DNA of 64,000 bases, taken from assembly GCA_964016885.1 (NCBI GenBank), contig OZ024742.1, positions 159,154,001-159,218,000 of the forward strand. The letters run 5' to 3'. Below, piece after piece: positions 13,070-26,920 of this stretch (within the stretch, counting starts at the first letter, position 1; each line of letters begins with the position of its first letter). The DNA comes from Eledone cirrhosa (Eukaryota). The translations under genes and the position numbers were made by a program. A model generated the notes under the pieces. The model was given only the letters and a program-made list of their open reading frames with translations, had not been told where the DNA came from and searched no databases.

Positions 13070-14990
13070 GGTTGTTTTATTGTATAGAAAATTTAAATAA
13101 TTTAACCATAACCTTGCATCCCCAAGAAATAAGTTCTGTGACAGTAAGTGAACTTCAACATTGTAAGTTTTCGCAGTTGTCTCTCCATGAGAAAGTTGCA
13201 GTTAAGACATCTGATATTCAAATATCTCAGCCAGGAATAAGCAACAAGAGGTATATTCGTAGCTTTAATTCTGAATGGTACCAACGGAAAAGTTGGCTCT
13301 GCGACTGTGAAGTGAAAATGCATTGTTTTGCTGCCCGTGTTTGCTGTTTGGATGTAACGTGGACAAAAGACGGTTTTAGAAATATAAACAAAATGAAACA
13401 AAAAACTGAAAAATATGAGAAGTCAAAGAAGTATGTTGAAAATGTGGTTTCACTGTCACTTTTAGGAAACGTAAATATTAAGGAGAAACTTAGTGAGGCA
13501 TACATAAACATGAAGGTTAAAAAGAACCATGAAATTTTATCCAAAATAATAGACTATTTTATTTTGTGGAAACCTAGAAACTCCTTTACGTCAACATGAT
13601 GAAAAATGATTCAGTAAATCCAGGAGTGTTTAGAGGATGATTAAATTTTGCATCTAAATTAGATCCAGATTTGAAGAATCACTTAGAAACCAGTAAGGTC
13701 TTCAAAAGTGTTTCAAAGATCATTCAGAATGAGATACTTGACAGCCTGCAACAAATTTATCACGAGGAGATAAGGACAGAAATTAGAGAAGCTTCATTTG
13801 TAGCCGTCATCAGTGATGACACAACAGATGTTTTGGAACACTCAAATGGTCATTGTTCGAGTTGAATAAAGAAATATTTGAGTGCTTTGTGGGATTCTTT
13901 ATTCCAGAAAATCAAACTGCAGATGGCATATTGAAACGTATTCTAAAACAATTAGACAAGGAAATGAACAAAAACTGATAGCGCAGGCATCTGATGTAAA
14001 TAGCATGAAAGGCAAAAAAGCATTTCATTCACTGTTATACACATCAGTTTAATTTAATAATGAGAAATGCAGCAAATATTACATGGAACACAAGAATATT
14101 TTATCTAACATTTTGTCTATTACAACATTCTTCTCAAGATCACCACAACATGTATCCATTCTCAAGAGGCATATGGATGTCAGCATTCCACATACATCCT
14201 CTATAACAGAGTTCATGAAAATTTGCAACCTTTAAAAAGCTGCCTTATTGAAATTAAGTGAACATCAAATGCAGATCCAAACCATTGCAGAAGCAAAAGG
14301 AATTATAAAATACCTGAATGATGATAATTTCATATTTTGGTTAGAGACTTTTCATCAGATTATGCTTCATGTTGAAGTAATTTACAACCAAATGCAATCT
14401 CGAGAAATTATTGTGTTTAACAGATTACAAAACTGCTATTTTAGAAATAAGAAACTTGAAGTACTGTGAGAATCCTTCAAAGACACTTATGGCAGAAGCT
14501 AAGTGTGTGACTGCATATGTGTTGATATAATGGACAGATATTCTTCCTCTAAATACTTTCAGCTGCTAAATTGTTCAACAAGAAAAGCTTCACTAGTTTT
14601 AAGAATGAGCTGCCTACAGAAGAGATAGTACTGAGCACTGAAGTATATGGTTGACAAAGAAAAGCTTGAAACTGAATTAAAAGAAAGTATTCTATTGTAG
14701 ATCTGATATGCATAAATATTGCAAATTAATTGAGCTGCTGAAATTCATCTTGAAAAATAATCTAGATAGTGTTCTTAGTGAAATTACAAAACTGATAAAA
14801 AGCCTCTTAACAATTTCCATGACTACATCAGAGTCAGAATGCTGCTTTTCAACACTGAAAAGAATAAACACTTTTCTAAGGAGCACTATGAATCCTGAAA
14901 GACTAAATGCATTTGCTGTGCTTTCAGTCATCCAGGGCTCAAGGAGAAAATTATTAACCTTTTCGCTCAAAGTAAAACAAGAATAGATTT
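13070..14990 (+). mobile_element. Degenerate hAT transposase (ZMYM1-like)
   Basis: Frameshifted ORFs with RSFNSEWY..WLC, IQNEIL, ISDDTTDV and the dimerisation motif SECCFSTLKRINTFLRSTMNPERLN. Confidence 0.85.
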
Positions 14991-15417
14991 CATTTTTAAA
15001 GGAATGGATCAAGCTTGAACTGCGGAATAATTTTTTCGTTTAAGGTTTTATCAAGTTTATATATAAATTTTCATTTTATATGTTTGTTTCGTTTTACACA
15101 ATATTAAAACAATGGTTAAACATTTCTGAAGCAGCACCCCCACTAATTTTAGCAACAAGCTGCAACTGCACTCTACACACCTGTATTGAGTGTTCAATCA
15201 CTTAATGTTTGAATGTTTTAAATACTATAGAATTTTAAACAGAGTTATATATTTATACAATTGTATTTATCTCCTTATTATTACACACACTGGCAAACAT
15301 ATTCCCCAAACATTATCTGCCTATTATGGGTAAAGCACCCCTGCAGACGAAAAAAAAAGAAAAAAAGAGGGCACAGGCGCCTATATATAATCTCTTCCTT
15401 CAATATATATATATATA

Positions 15418-16614
15418 CTAGCAGAATGGCCTGGCGTTGCTCGGGCTTCTAAACATAGATTGGCATGTTTATCCCTCCTTTCTGAAACAGTACGGAATAC
15501 CTCGGCCTGCGGATGGTGTCTACAATTTGTGCTTAGGCAAATCATTTTCCATTAAGATTTTTCGAAAGCATGTAACTGCGTTCCCTCTCTTTTTTGTTGT
15601 TGTTTTTGCTGCTGTTGGTGTGATAGCAGCCGTTGGTCGTACTACTAATACAGTCTCGTCTTTCTTCAGCCAATCGTGTATATCCCCTTCTGCCTCGTCT
15701 ACCTAAACAATGATTGTAGCACCTCCTTGTACACAATGTTCCTTGTTCTTCCGTGTCAGGCATATGCAAAGAGATTTGTCTTGCTTCCTACTCTTGAGCA
15801 GCCAATGTATAGTTGCCCGTGTGAAAAATATGACTCTTCCAAAAGAAGACCAGCAACAGCTAGGGTCTGACCCTGGGATTTGTTGATAGACATTGCAAAG
15901 CTGACACGGTTCAGCAGTACGTTCAGCATCTTGCGACCGTCGAATAGAAGATTCCACTGACGATTCGTTTGCCCACCTTGTTCTTTTTCTTGTCACTTTC
16001 GCAGTATTTCGGCCAATGGAGTATCTCTTCCTTCGAGGCATGACCTAAAAGCAGGACGACTAACTGGTAGAGTAAGGAGTAAACTCGTCAGTGATGCATG
16101 TGATTTCCGAACGGTTGACTATGTAATTGCTAGCCTTGTGCCAAAAGTAGTGGGACTTTTTTGGGTGGCATATCGGCAGTAACAATGACGATAAGCTGTC
16201 TGTGCTTTCGTGAAATAAATACGTTTGTTTATATTTTGTTTTTGTGTATGCAAACATATCTGTACACGAATATATAATTATATATATATATATATATTAA
16301 AATAAGAGATTAAAGTTTAAGCAAAGAATCGTTGCTTTCACCCTTAACGGGATCTTCTGAAACTAAAAAAAATCAATCTGTGAACGCAGAACTAAATATT
16401 TCGAAAAACGTTGCAACCAAAGGAAAACAGGAAGACGATACTTTGGGTCGTGAAGACGTTCCCTGGCAATGAACGGAAAATAGCGAAGATAATACGTCAG
16501 CAACGTGAACAATATTTGGCATAACGTCGTAATGCAGACAGCCAGACATACAAACAGATATTATAAGGGCGCGATGTTATAGCTATGTATCCATCTAAAA
16601 AGACAGACTAAGAA

Positions 16615-16647
<33 letters not shown>

Positions 16648-16848
16648 TAGAGAGAGATCACTAACCGGCACCTAACACCCCTTCAACAACAGAAAATTGA
16701 AAAATAAAAACTGCAGTTAATATCTTTAGATCGCAAAGAATATATAAATGCAAGTTTGAAGTCAATCGGAGTAGAAATGTGGATTTGTATAGACTTTGCA
16801 AAAATTAGGACACACACACACAGATAATTTCAGTTTTATATATATAGA
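15418..16848 (-). mobile_element. Internally deleted Helitron carrying a PLE-type insert at ~16297-16600
   Basis: Minus strand 5' end TCTATATATATAAAA. 3' hairpin GCCCGAGCAACGCCAGGC followed by CTAG|T. PIF1 helicase motifs AMSINKSQGQTL..G and FSHGQLYIGCSRV at ~15720-15900, and an MPRRKR..IGR N-terminus. Confidence 0.85.
16314..16364 (-). ncRNA. Type I hammerhead-like motif, A4 core variant
   Basis: AGUUU-CAGAAGA-U CCC GUUAA GGG U-GAAA-GCAA cgauucu UUGC-UU/AAACU. Confidence 0.55.
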
Positions 16849-17970
16849 CGTTATGTAGACGATATCAATATAGTTATAAGAACATCCCCACTAGAGAGCA
16901 CTAACAAGTTTGATTTAGAACGTAGCACAATGGAAAGCATCCAGCAGATAGCTAATTCCATACACCAGAGTATAACTGTAACTATCGACTTCCCTTCCAA
17001 ACACCCTAACAATAGACTACCTGTATTAGACACAGAACTCTGGATTAACATTATAGACGAGAGAGCCCAAATTCTCCACTCACACTATGCTAAACCCATG
17101 GCCTCCAAATACCTGATACTCAAAAACTCAGCAATGTCTGCTAGGTTTAATATTCTGTTCGCAGATTTGGTACGAGTGATGAAGAATGTGTCCCGCATGT
17201 GCGACCCAACAGAAATGGAAAGACACATCCAACACTTCATCAACCGCATGCAGTTCTCTGGCTACAACCAAAGAGACAGAGTCAGAGTATACGAAGGAGC
17301 CATGCAGCAGATAGGCAAATCAGAGAGGCCAGTGAAATAGAACTTAGAAGACCGAGACTAAACAGAAAGAATGAATGGAATAACAACAACACCCAAACAA
17401 ACAACACTGACCTAAGAGAAGTATAAATAAGTAAATAAAATAAAATAAATAAATAAATAAATACATATACAAGCACATAAACACACACTAGTCACCCAAT
17501 CATGAACACACATCACACATCAAACAAAACACTATACATACACGCAAACGCATGCGCAAAGAAGACAAAATAAAATAAACAAACAAGCAAATAAATAAAT
17601 AAATATATAGACAGACTGAATAAAAATGGCGTAGACATACAATACAACGGGAGGAAATAATAGCACCACTGACGATGTTGCAGATGGGCAAGGAAAGATT
17701 TATGATAAACTATATATATGTGTTTGTGTCCATATTGTATCTGTATTATTTTTGACCGTCGGTCAGTCAATGGCAACATTGAGGACCGAGTAAATTAGGT
17801 TACCGATATAAAAGACACAGAAGCGAAAAGCGAAAACCAACCAAACAGTGAATGTGTTCTCTTATTAATTCTGGCAATATTACACAAATATGACCCTCCC
17901 CAAGTATAACAATATTTGTTTCGACACACGATTTCATATAAAAAACCTCGCAAAACTAATTCATCGCCGT
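16849..17970 (+). mobile_element. Penelope-like element fragment: RT C-terminus fused by deletion to the GIY-YIG end and 3' pLTR
   Basis: RYVDD, LPVLD, KPMAS and FSGY, then RQIREA..I..RPRLNRKNEW. 17310-17970 is homologous to 42495-43160. Confidence 0.8.
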
Positions 17971-17984
17971 TATATATATATATA

Positions 17985-18805
17985 TACAAGATAATATAAA
18001 ATAATATATATGATAAACACAGATACCAACATATCAGTGTTTGTATTGTAAATGACTAAGTTAGCTAGATTGAAAAATACTAATTATAATAATACAGTTT
18101 GCCTGTCTTGATTTAAAATAATAAATCAATAAAAACAAACCATATTGGCAAAAAGCCGTGGTACTTAGACAAATTTAAATTTCAAAATCAAACCTGTTCC
18201 GTAGATAAGTTTAAACTTTAAAATCCAAATATGTTTCGATAAATGAAAAAGTGAAAAAGGTGAAAAAATACCACAATCAGATCTCCTCAGTAAGTACACT
18301 GAAACATTGGTATGTTTCACTTCAAAATATTTAAAAAGACTGATTAACGCACATGGTTTTTCAGTTTCTAGCTGCCGCATACTCGTGCTGCTAGAAATAA
18401 CAGCCGTTTATATGGGGCTAAAGTTAGCTCAACATAAGGAGCAGTGATACTATGAATAAAGAGTTCAAAACTCAGGCAGTCGTTTACAATGAAATAGCTC
18501 AAAGAAAGAAGTAGGTTTGATTTTGAAATTTAAATTTGTCTAAGTACCACGGCTTTTTGCCAATATGGTTTGTTTTTATTGATTTATTATTTTAAATCAA
18601 GACAGGCAAACTGTATTATTATAATTAGTATTTTTCAATCTAGCTAACTTAGTCATTTACAATACAAACACTGATATGTTGGTATCTGTGTTTATCATAT
18701 ATATTAATTTATATTATCTTGTATTACACGGCTCAGAAATACTTCTTTCTTTGAGCTATTTTATTGTAAACGACTGCCTAAGTTTTGAACTCTTTATTCA
18801 TAGTA
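17985..18805. repeat. Permuted inverted-repeat unit in (TA)n, pLTR-like
   Basis: 17985-18195 is inverted at 18513-18723, and 18448-18513 is inverted at 18740-18805. Confidence 0.85.
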
Positions 18806-18810
18806 TATAT

Positions 18811-18843
<33 letters not shown>

Positions 18844-18855
18844 GATATATATAGT

Positions 18856-20965
18856 TGTAGCGGTTGTCTCCCTTGTTTGGATTAACGTCTGGACGGGAAG
18901 TGGGGCCCTTTCTGTAACTTCCGGTCAGAGCCCTATAAAACTAACAACTTTAAGCTCTCTTTCTCTCATTGCCTTTTCGGCACCAGGCCAAGAGCCTCTC
19001 ATTTGGCCTTCCTGGCGCCTGGCTGGCCTTAGCCAGGCGTCCTCTGCCAGCCGCGTTTGCCTGGCAATCAAAACGGTAACTACTAACTTTGCTTCATTCT
19101 AACATCATCCTCATCTTTGACATGTCAACTATACTATCTACCATTGTTAATTAAATATTATACACACAAACATTGTATTCCTTGTTACATTCATACAACC
19201 CAGTATTCTCCCTATATTGGTAACCCTGACGTGATACGAACACGCAGCCGTTCATCGCTATAAGTGGTCACCCCCCAAAAAAAGAAAAAAATAGCACATC
19301 TGGTTTTGTGTGAGTAACATTACGAATACACAGTAAATTTATCGACAAACTATGAAAATACTCAGTAAAAGAAACAAACGCACACACGCACATGTGGAAT
19401 TCGCGTTCAGACAGAAATTTTCTCTCACGCATCAACTAACTGTCGCATTTCACCAATATATATATATGTTTCTCGTTTCTTACAACGAACACTTTCAAAA
19501 CAAAAAAAAAAAAAAAACATTTCACGATATATATATGTTTCTCGTTTCTTACAACGAACTCTTTCAAAACAAAAAAAAAAAAAAAGAAATTTGATATTCT
19601 TTAAAAAAACATTTCAACAGGAACATTTATTTTCGATGAACCATTGCCTTTTTGTTCATCGTTTTCTTCATCGTTCAAGTTTTTTTCCCCCAAAGTTCAC
19701 ACCAATAATTATGCTGAGTGAAGCCTTTCTTTTTCATCATTGTCACTTTCAAAATTGCACTATCATTTTCTCGCGCGTTAGAAATATTATTTTTTTCAAC
19801 CTTGTATTGGCACGTGTAGGCAGCACAAATTCTCGATTCACAGAGATGTCTCTACTCACAGACATAGACGCACGCCAGAGATAACATTTCTCGCCAAGGA
19901 TTCTTCAGCCTTAAGCTATATTCTTCTATTTGCCGGTTTATAAATTTACAATGTAAATTTACCGTTGATAACCGCGCATTTATTAAGAATGCTTATTTCT
20001 ATGGTCGCTGGCCTCTTGACCCTTCCAGGTCAACGCATTCTCAACATCGACCATCAACTTCGGCTGCTATTTCTAGCACTTTGCGCAACTCATTTTTTCT
20101 AAAAAAATTTGTTTACTGTGAATTTAAACACCGAATACGCTCACTCAGCGAGACAACAGCAGCAGCAGCAATACATCAACACAGCTTCACCAACAACCAG
20201 CAGAACGCCAGAGAATTTATTTTTGCAGCACTCTCCCTGTGAGAAAATCCATTCGGAGGTTGGAAATTTCACGATATACCACAGAACAGAAACCACCTGC
20301 ATTCATTCTCTGGAACACACTTTCTTTCCTGCTGTCATGTGATTGCACACCTGTGAACTATATTTTGTACATTTGAACTTTGAGCTCTTCTATTACTTTT
20401 ACTTTATTACATTGTATCTTTGGGTGATGGATAGATGGATGTCCAGTCGTTCTCTGGCCAAGAGCGGTTGACTACCTTGATATCTATCATTGATTTTTGC
20501 AAACATTCTTTTGTCGTAATGTTCATGCCTGTTACAACATTCTCGCCAACTTGCTACATATTTTCATTTCGATTTTTATAAACTAAAATTCTGGCGGGAG
20601 GTTATGTAGCGGTTGTCTCCCTTGTTTGGATTAACGTCTGGACGGGAAGTGGGGCCCTTTCTGTAACTTCCGGTCAGAGCCCTATAAAACTAACAACTTT
20701 AAGCTCTCTTTCTCTCATTGCCTTTTCGGCACCAGGCCAAGAGCCTCTCATTTGGCCTTCCTGGCGCCTGGCTGGCCTTAGCCAGGCGTCCTCTGCCAGC
20801 CGCGTTTGCCTGGCAATCAAAACGGTAACTACTAACTTTGCTTCATTCTAACATCATCCTCATCTTTGACATGTCAACTATACTATCTACCATTGTTAAT
20901 TAAATATTATACACACAAACATTGTATTCCTTGTTACATTCATACAACCCAGTATTCTCGCTATA
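18856..20965 (+). mobile_element. Young non-autonomous LTR retrotransposon (Gypsy-type)
   Basis: 361-bp LTRs at 18856-19216 and 20605-20965 with one visible mismatch. 4-bp TSD TAGT. PBS at 19218. PPT-like GGCGGGAGG before the 3' LTR. No intact ORF. Confidence 0.93.
19218..19249 (+). promoter_or_regulatory. Primer-binding site complementary to the tRNA-Trp 3' end
   Basis: TGGTAACCCTGACGTGATACGAACACGCAGCC resembles the complement of the metazoan tRNA-Trp 3' end (TGGTGACCCCGACGTGATTTGAACACGCAACC, recalled from memory). Confidence 0.75.
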
Positions 20966-21045
20966 TAGTAATAATTGTTTCTACTTTTGGCACAAGGCCA
21001 GCAATTATTCCAGTGTATTACTGGTACTTTATTTTATCGACCCCG

Positions 21046-21120
<75 letters not shown>

Positions 21121-22230
21121 CACACATACATATACTAGAAACGTAGTGGTAGAAGGGAGTCGATTTAATTGAATGATTTGTGGTATTGTGTCAATGTTAG
21201 AAATCAATATGAAGAGAGACCCTCTAAACATTATGGTTCTGGGAAATAGAAGAGATATAGCTGAGTGAAAGAGGAGGGAGACAAAGGCACACACACATAT
21301 ATGAGATAGTGGGGAGGGGGGGGGGCATCTTTTTTAAAGAGGTCCATAGAAAACAGAAAGATATATAGGTAGATAGTGAGAGAGAGGTACAGAGAGAAAT
21401 GGAGAAAGAGAACATCTTTGTTAAAGAGGACGATAGAAAAATAGAAAGAAAGAACAAAGTGTAAGTCGATTAACTTGAAGTATGTGTGAAGATATGAATG
21501 AAAAAGATGTCGGAAACGATAGCCAGTGAACAGCAGTAAGTTTGGGACACAAATGAAATTAGATAGATGATAAGGTAATAACATACAAGCTCAGTTTTAC
21601 TGACATCTCACTGTGAAACTAAACACCGATTATTTCATTCTTTCACATCTTTTTTGCTGACGTCAAACCAAGATTTTTGTTGGTGTCTCTATCGTTTCAA
21701 ATTACTGCGTAAATGATAGTTACTGAGATTTTTGTTGTTGATGTAATTGTCGAAAACTGTGCAGGGAAACAAACCATTAAGATTAAGTATTGGTTTCTTT
21801 TGATTGAGAAAGAAAGAAAAAAAACCCAACACGTTATCACATTAGAAGTTGAAATGTATCCCTTTCCTATTGACTTTATTAGCATAACTGAAGCGACAGC
21901 GTATTGAAACGACATCGCGGAATAAACCTCCCGGAATTGACAAAGCAGACTGGTCTTGTGGGCATTTAGGCAATGCTCGGTTTGGCCGCTGTAATTGGGT
22001 AAAAAAGAAAAGAAGCTTAATAAATGATACGAAGAACTGAAGTCGCAGCTGCTGCACAACTACTGACACGAAAATGGAATGCACCTTAGCAGAACAGTGA
22101 AAACACGCTTGTGGCCTTCATCAGTCTTAAATAATGTCACATTAGATGAGCAGTGAAAATACGCTTTTTGACGCTTCTTCAACAGTAAGTTAGTCAGTGT
22201 TACCTTAGCCGAGCAGAGAGAGAGAGAGAG

Positions 22231-22349
<119 letters not shown>

Positions 22350-22539
22350 GATCCCAGCATTGGACTGATACTCATACTTTAATGACTTCGACACAATGAA
22401 AGGCAAAGTTGACCTCGGATTTGAACTCAGAGCGCAGAAAACCGGAACGAAGCCGCAAACCATTCTATCTGAGGCTTTAACAACTATGTCATTTCACGGT
22501 CAATATTAATTATAATTCTTTCTAGCATTGGCAGATAAA

Positions 22540-23800
22540 AACTGCCTGCTTTTCTTGGCTAAAGGAAGGCGGCGGGCAATTTTTACGGTGGACTCCGCGG
22601 GTAGCCGGATCCATCCCACACAACAGCAGGTGTTCGACATAAACCCACAACTCACGACGAGTGCGTGAAGGATGGTTTCGTCTGCCGGTGCGGATCTAAG
22701 ACAGACTCGGCCGACAGCACTTCCATGCTGTAGAGTTTATTTCGAACTGTGACCTCATGAAGACATTTTTGTCTTCAAGCGTTCCATCTGGTCCTTCGCT
22801 TGACCTAGGACTGCAACTCCGTCAAGGAGACGAGCTGGGGAAAAACGTGTCTAGCGAATGCCGACCAGCCTTGTTCACCGCCAAGGAAACGTTGATGTCG
22901 TACCCCCAGCGCATGTTTGCGCGTCATCAACCACAGCATACCAAGTTCTCCACGCAGCAGCGATTGACAGCAAATGGGCGGCATCACCAGTGGAACCTGA
23001 TACTTCCATAAAAAGAATAAACGCTCCGGCTCAGTCAGACGTAGATCAAGACACGCTACGGCAATCAGTCGTTAGTAGATGACTGGCGCTATGTACGTGT
23101 CCACTACCTCTGTCCAACCTTTCACGGATAGCTTCCTCTCAGCACATTTTTGGGTAAAACAGGCCAGCCTACTCATTTTCTCGTCCAAGTTTTTGTCCAT
23201 CTGGAAGTCCGGACGAAACCAGACCCCTAGCGATTTAACCGGTTCACCCGTCCGACGACGCTGTTGGACGGCATGGACCTACTTTTCCTGGTGCCGGCCC
23301 ACCGACTTTTCCTGTTAAGTTTTGCTCTTTACCGTTTCGTACTCCTTGAGAGTGGTACCGATCATCTCAGTGTGTTTGGTGTTCAACACTACTACAGTGA
23401 CGCCCTGATGACAAACATCTCCTATATCCTAGTTCGCGCTAGATGCCCTTCAATGTTTCCAATTTGTGTAGCAATGGCTCGAGAGTCATTACATACAAAA
23501 AGGACGCAAGGAGACAGCCTTGGTGGACCGAATACATGATGTTGAACGGCCCCGAAAGATAACCGTTCACTCTAAGCATAGAGAAGATGTCGCTGTGCAT
23601 GGCAGTGATCCAGCCCCTGAAAACTGGTTCAAAGTCGGCTGCCTTGAGGACTGCTGCCAGGTAGCGATGGTTGATCGTATCGAAAGCTTTCGATTGATCT
23701 AAGTTGATCACCCGTGTCAGGTTCCTTAGCCACCCTATCAATGATGTATCGCATGAGGTGGAGGTTTTGAACTCTGTATTTAGCAGAGTTATGGATCATT
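22540..23800 (-). mobile_element. L1/Tx1-clade LINE RT fragments
   Basis: INLDQSKAFD.I.H.YL and SVHQGC in ORF 23439-23741. The upstream part continues at 25030-25390. Confidence 0.75.
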
Positions 23801-23809
23801 TCTCAGCAG

Positions 23810-25025
23810 CATCACTTCGCCACGGCTCACAGAACACTCCTTGCTACTGATACAGTCATACCTTCGGCGACTGGGGTCCAACAGGGCGACCCATTGGGCC
23901 CCCTCCTGTTTGCCCTTGGTATATACACTCATTTCCCGGAGTATCACGGCCCCTCTCAACGTTTGGTATCTGGATGATGCTACATTGGGCGGGCCCGTAG
24001 AGACTGTCTGCCATGACCTACAATCGGTGGTTCCTGCCCTGGCGGGAATCAGCCTCCAGGTCAACTCGCCCAAGTCGGAGGTGGTGAATGTCAGCCATGA
24101 TGCTGAGAGCTTTGCAGCCTCCGTCTTGGACGTGAGGTCCATTCTCCACCAGGTACAGGTGACTCCCCAAAGAGGATGTCATCATCCTCGGGTCACCGAT
24201 CCACCCGCCGACCATCCGCTCCATCATCAGGGCCAGGCTCCAACAACTCCAGAACCTTACGAGCCGACTGGGCTTGATCGACGGCCACCCACCTCTCTTT
24301 CTGTTGAGGAACTGCTTCGCCATGCCGAAGCTCCTCTATACACTTCGCAGCGCTCCGTGCTACAGCCACGCATCTGCGAGTCACACCAATGTCGCTGTGG
24401 ATCCACCGTGGACTCTTCCGGCTTCCACCCGCTTTCCTGTCGCCTCAGTGCCGGCCGCCCTCCACACCATGCTGCCCTCAACGAAGTCATAAAGCATGGC
24501 TTGGACGCTGTAGGCTTCCTTTCCCAGCTCGAGCCGGTGGGGCTGGACCGAGGGGACGGCAAAAGGCCTGACGGCATGACCATGTTCCCGTTCCGCGGTG
24601 GCAAACCCCTCGTCTGGGAAGCCACTTGTATCGACACTTTCTCCAGCCGCAACCTGGTGCAGTCTGCGACTAACCCAGGTTCTGCTGCACGTCGGGCTGA
24701 GGAGGCCAAACCCTCCAAATACCGGTCGCTCCTCGACACGTTTGCGGTCGCACCCTTGGTAGTGGAGACTTCTGTTGTCCTCGATCCTAGGGCTACCTCC
24801 CTACTCACCACCATAGGCGCTGAGCTGGCCAGCCCCAGGTGTGAGCTTCGCGAGTTGGAATGGCTCTTCCAGCGCGTCTCCATTGCCGTCCTCCGGGGAA
24901 AGGCCTTCTCTATTCTATCCGCTGGGGCTGTGGGGAGGCCATCAATATGATTGACTGACTTGTCATTTTATCAGTCAACACAGAAATCAAATCCTTAGAT
25001 TTTGAATTATCTTTGTTATACACCT
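23810..25025 (+). mobile_element. CRE-type non-LTR retrotransposon (RT plus restriction-like endonuclease), 5'-truncated with internal deletion
   Basis: GVQQGDPLGPLLF (frameshifted), WYLDD, C-x-C...H.LSC......HAALN, and EP.GLDRGDGKRPDG.T..P...G..LVW. GC-rich and inserted into the Tx1 relic. Confidence 0.85.
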
Positions 25026-25029
25026 TCTC

Positions 25030-25390
25030 ACACTACTCCATTACCAAAGGCTACTGAACAAGTCTGGCATGTAAACGTAAAGCTCGTATGGCAGACCATA
25101 TCCAAACCAGACGATTTGCTCCTCGTGCAGCTAGTCATCGCCTCCCGTATCTCAGTGGCTGTTATCGACTTTTCGTAACACTCCGCCACCACAGTAGAAA
25201 GTCGTGGCAGGCCGTCGAGGTAGGCACTGCTCCTGAACAGTTGAGCGAAGTGCTGCTGAAAAGCCGCACACATCCGCTTGGGATCGAGTAACATGCGCTC
25301 GTCGTGGTCCTCCAAAGACCGGATTTTGGCTTTGTTGCCACACTGTGGCCTTACCACTCGGGCCCATCGAATGGTTTTCACCCCCTCGTG
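25030..25390 (-). mobile_element. L1/Tx1 LINE ORF2 fragment, upstream part of 22540-23800
   Basis: ORF 25028-25381 has F..HFAQLF, IT..EI..AM and KSSGLD (KSPGLDG motif). Confidence 0.65.
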
Positions 25391-26274
25391 TCTAGAAGCA
25401 TTGTTCAGTGGAAAACCTTTTTTGGTGGGGAGGCTTTTCTTCCACTCCTTCGAGTGGGACTATTCTGCCCCACCACCGCCCCATTTATTTATTCTCTTTT
25501 TAGTTTGGCTTTGGCTTGAGCCAATTCAAATGCTTTGTTTTATAGTGCTAATGGATGCATTCCTTTTTACTCACGATGTCCATAGGTCTTGTTGAGTTGT
25601 TGCTTTTGCATTTGTCATTGTTGTTGTTGCTGCTATTGTTGTCGTTATTGTTTTTGTTATTTCTTCGTGTTGTATTTTTTGTTGTTGATATGGTGTTGTT
25701 GCTAGTGGTGGCGGTGATGGTGGTGCTAGTATTCACTATTGTGGCGGTGGAGGTGGAAGATTTTGGCGGGGCTGGAAAATTAAATTCATCTCCAGCTGCA
25801 CGATATTTTTTGGTTTTGGTTGTTGTTGTTGGTACTGCAACTGTTGCTACTCCTACTGCTGTTGTTGTTATTGATGATGATGATGATGGAGACGGTGGTA
25901 GTGATAGTGTTTATGTTGGTGATAGTGGTGGTGGCAGCGAAGTTGGTTTTGTTTTTTAATTATTATTATTCACTTTTGATTTGGGTGTGTTATCGAGAAA
26001 ATGTAGCAGGTTTTTTTTTTTCGTGTAACTTTTCGCTTTTACTGTTCTGTTCTCTGGATCATCGGGGGTGTTCGCCTCCATGGGCGTATTTTGAAAGTAA
26101 AATTGCAATATTTGGGTCTAAGGTCCAGATACCATGGGGTCGCCTTTTCTGAGGGTAATGTATGAGGCCTTATTTATACGTTGTAACAAATAATTAAACA
26201 AGACGTAAAACAACAAACATACAGGAGTCGTCTCAAAGATGTCTGGTTCAAACAAGAGCAATAATAATAATAAT

Positions 26275-26920
26275 GGTTTCTGAATTAGGCACAAGGCCAA
26301 CAAATTTTTTGGGGGAGTCGATTAAATCGACCCCAGTGTGTGACTGGTATTTTATTTTATCGACCCCGTAAGGATGAAAGGCGAAGCTAACATCGGCGGG
26401 ATTTGGACTCAGAACATAAAGGGCCATAACTCTATGCTACAAAGCATGGTGTCTGATGCTCTACCGATACTGCCAAACTAACGATACTGCCAAACTACCG
26501 CTAATAATAATTGTTTCTACTTTTGGCACAAGGCCAGCAATTACCAATGCATTACTGGTACTTTATTTTATCGACCCCGTAAGGATGAAAGGCAAAGTTA
26601 ACCTCGGCGGGATTTGAACTCAGACCATAAAGGACTGTAACTCTATGCTGTAAAGCATGGTGTCCGACTCTCTACCGATACTGCCAATCAACTACCGCTA
26701 ATAATAATGGTTTCTTATTTAGGCACAAGTCCAGCAATTCGGGGGAAGGGAAAGTAAAATTAAATCGACCCAATGTATTACTGGTACTTTATATTATCGA
26801 CCCCATAATGATGAAAGGTAAAATCGACATTGGCGGGATTTGAATTCAGAGTACAGAGAGCCGGAACAAATACCGATGCATTTTTAAACCGACGCCCTAA
26901 CGAGTTGGCCAATTCATCGC
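26275..26920 (-). mobile_element. Three tandem SINE copies
   Basis: Repeated GGCACAAGGCCA...TTATCGACCCC..GGATGAAAGG...GATTTGAACTCAGA...TGCCAA. Confidence 0.85.

Noticed and set aside
18225-18298. Minus-strand CUGAGGA...GAAAC as a hammerhead
   Set aside because: Only a 3-bp stem II base forms, and stems I and III could not be formed convincingly.
25548-26152. Hydrophobic or low-complexity ORFs
   Set aside because: They derive from (GTT)n, (GGT)n and (GAT)n simple repeats.
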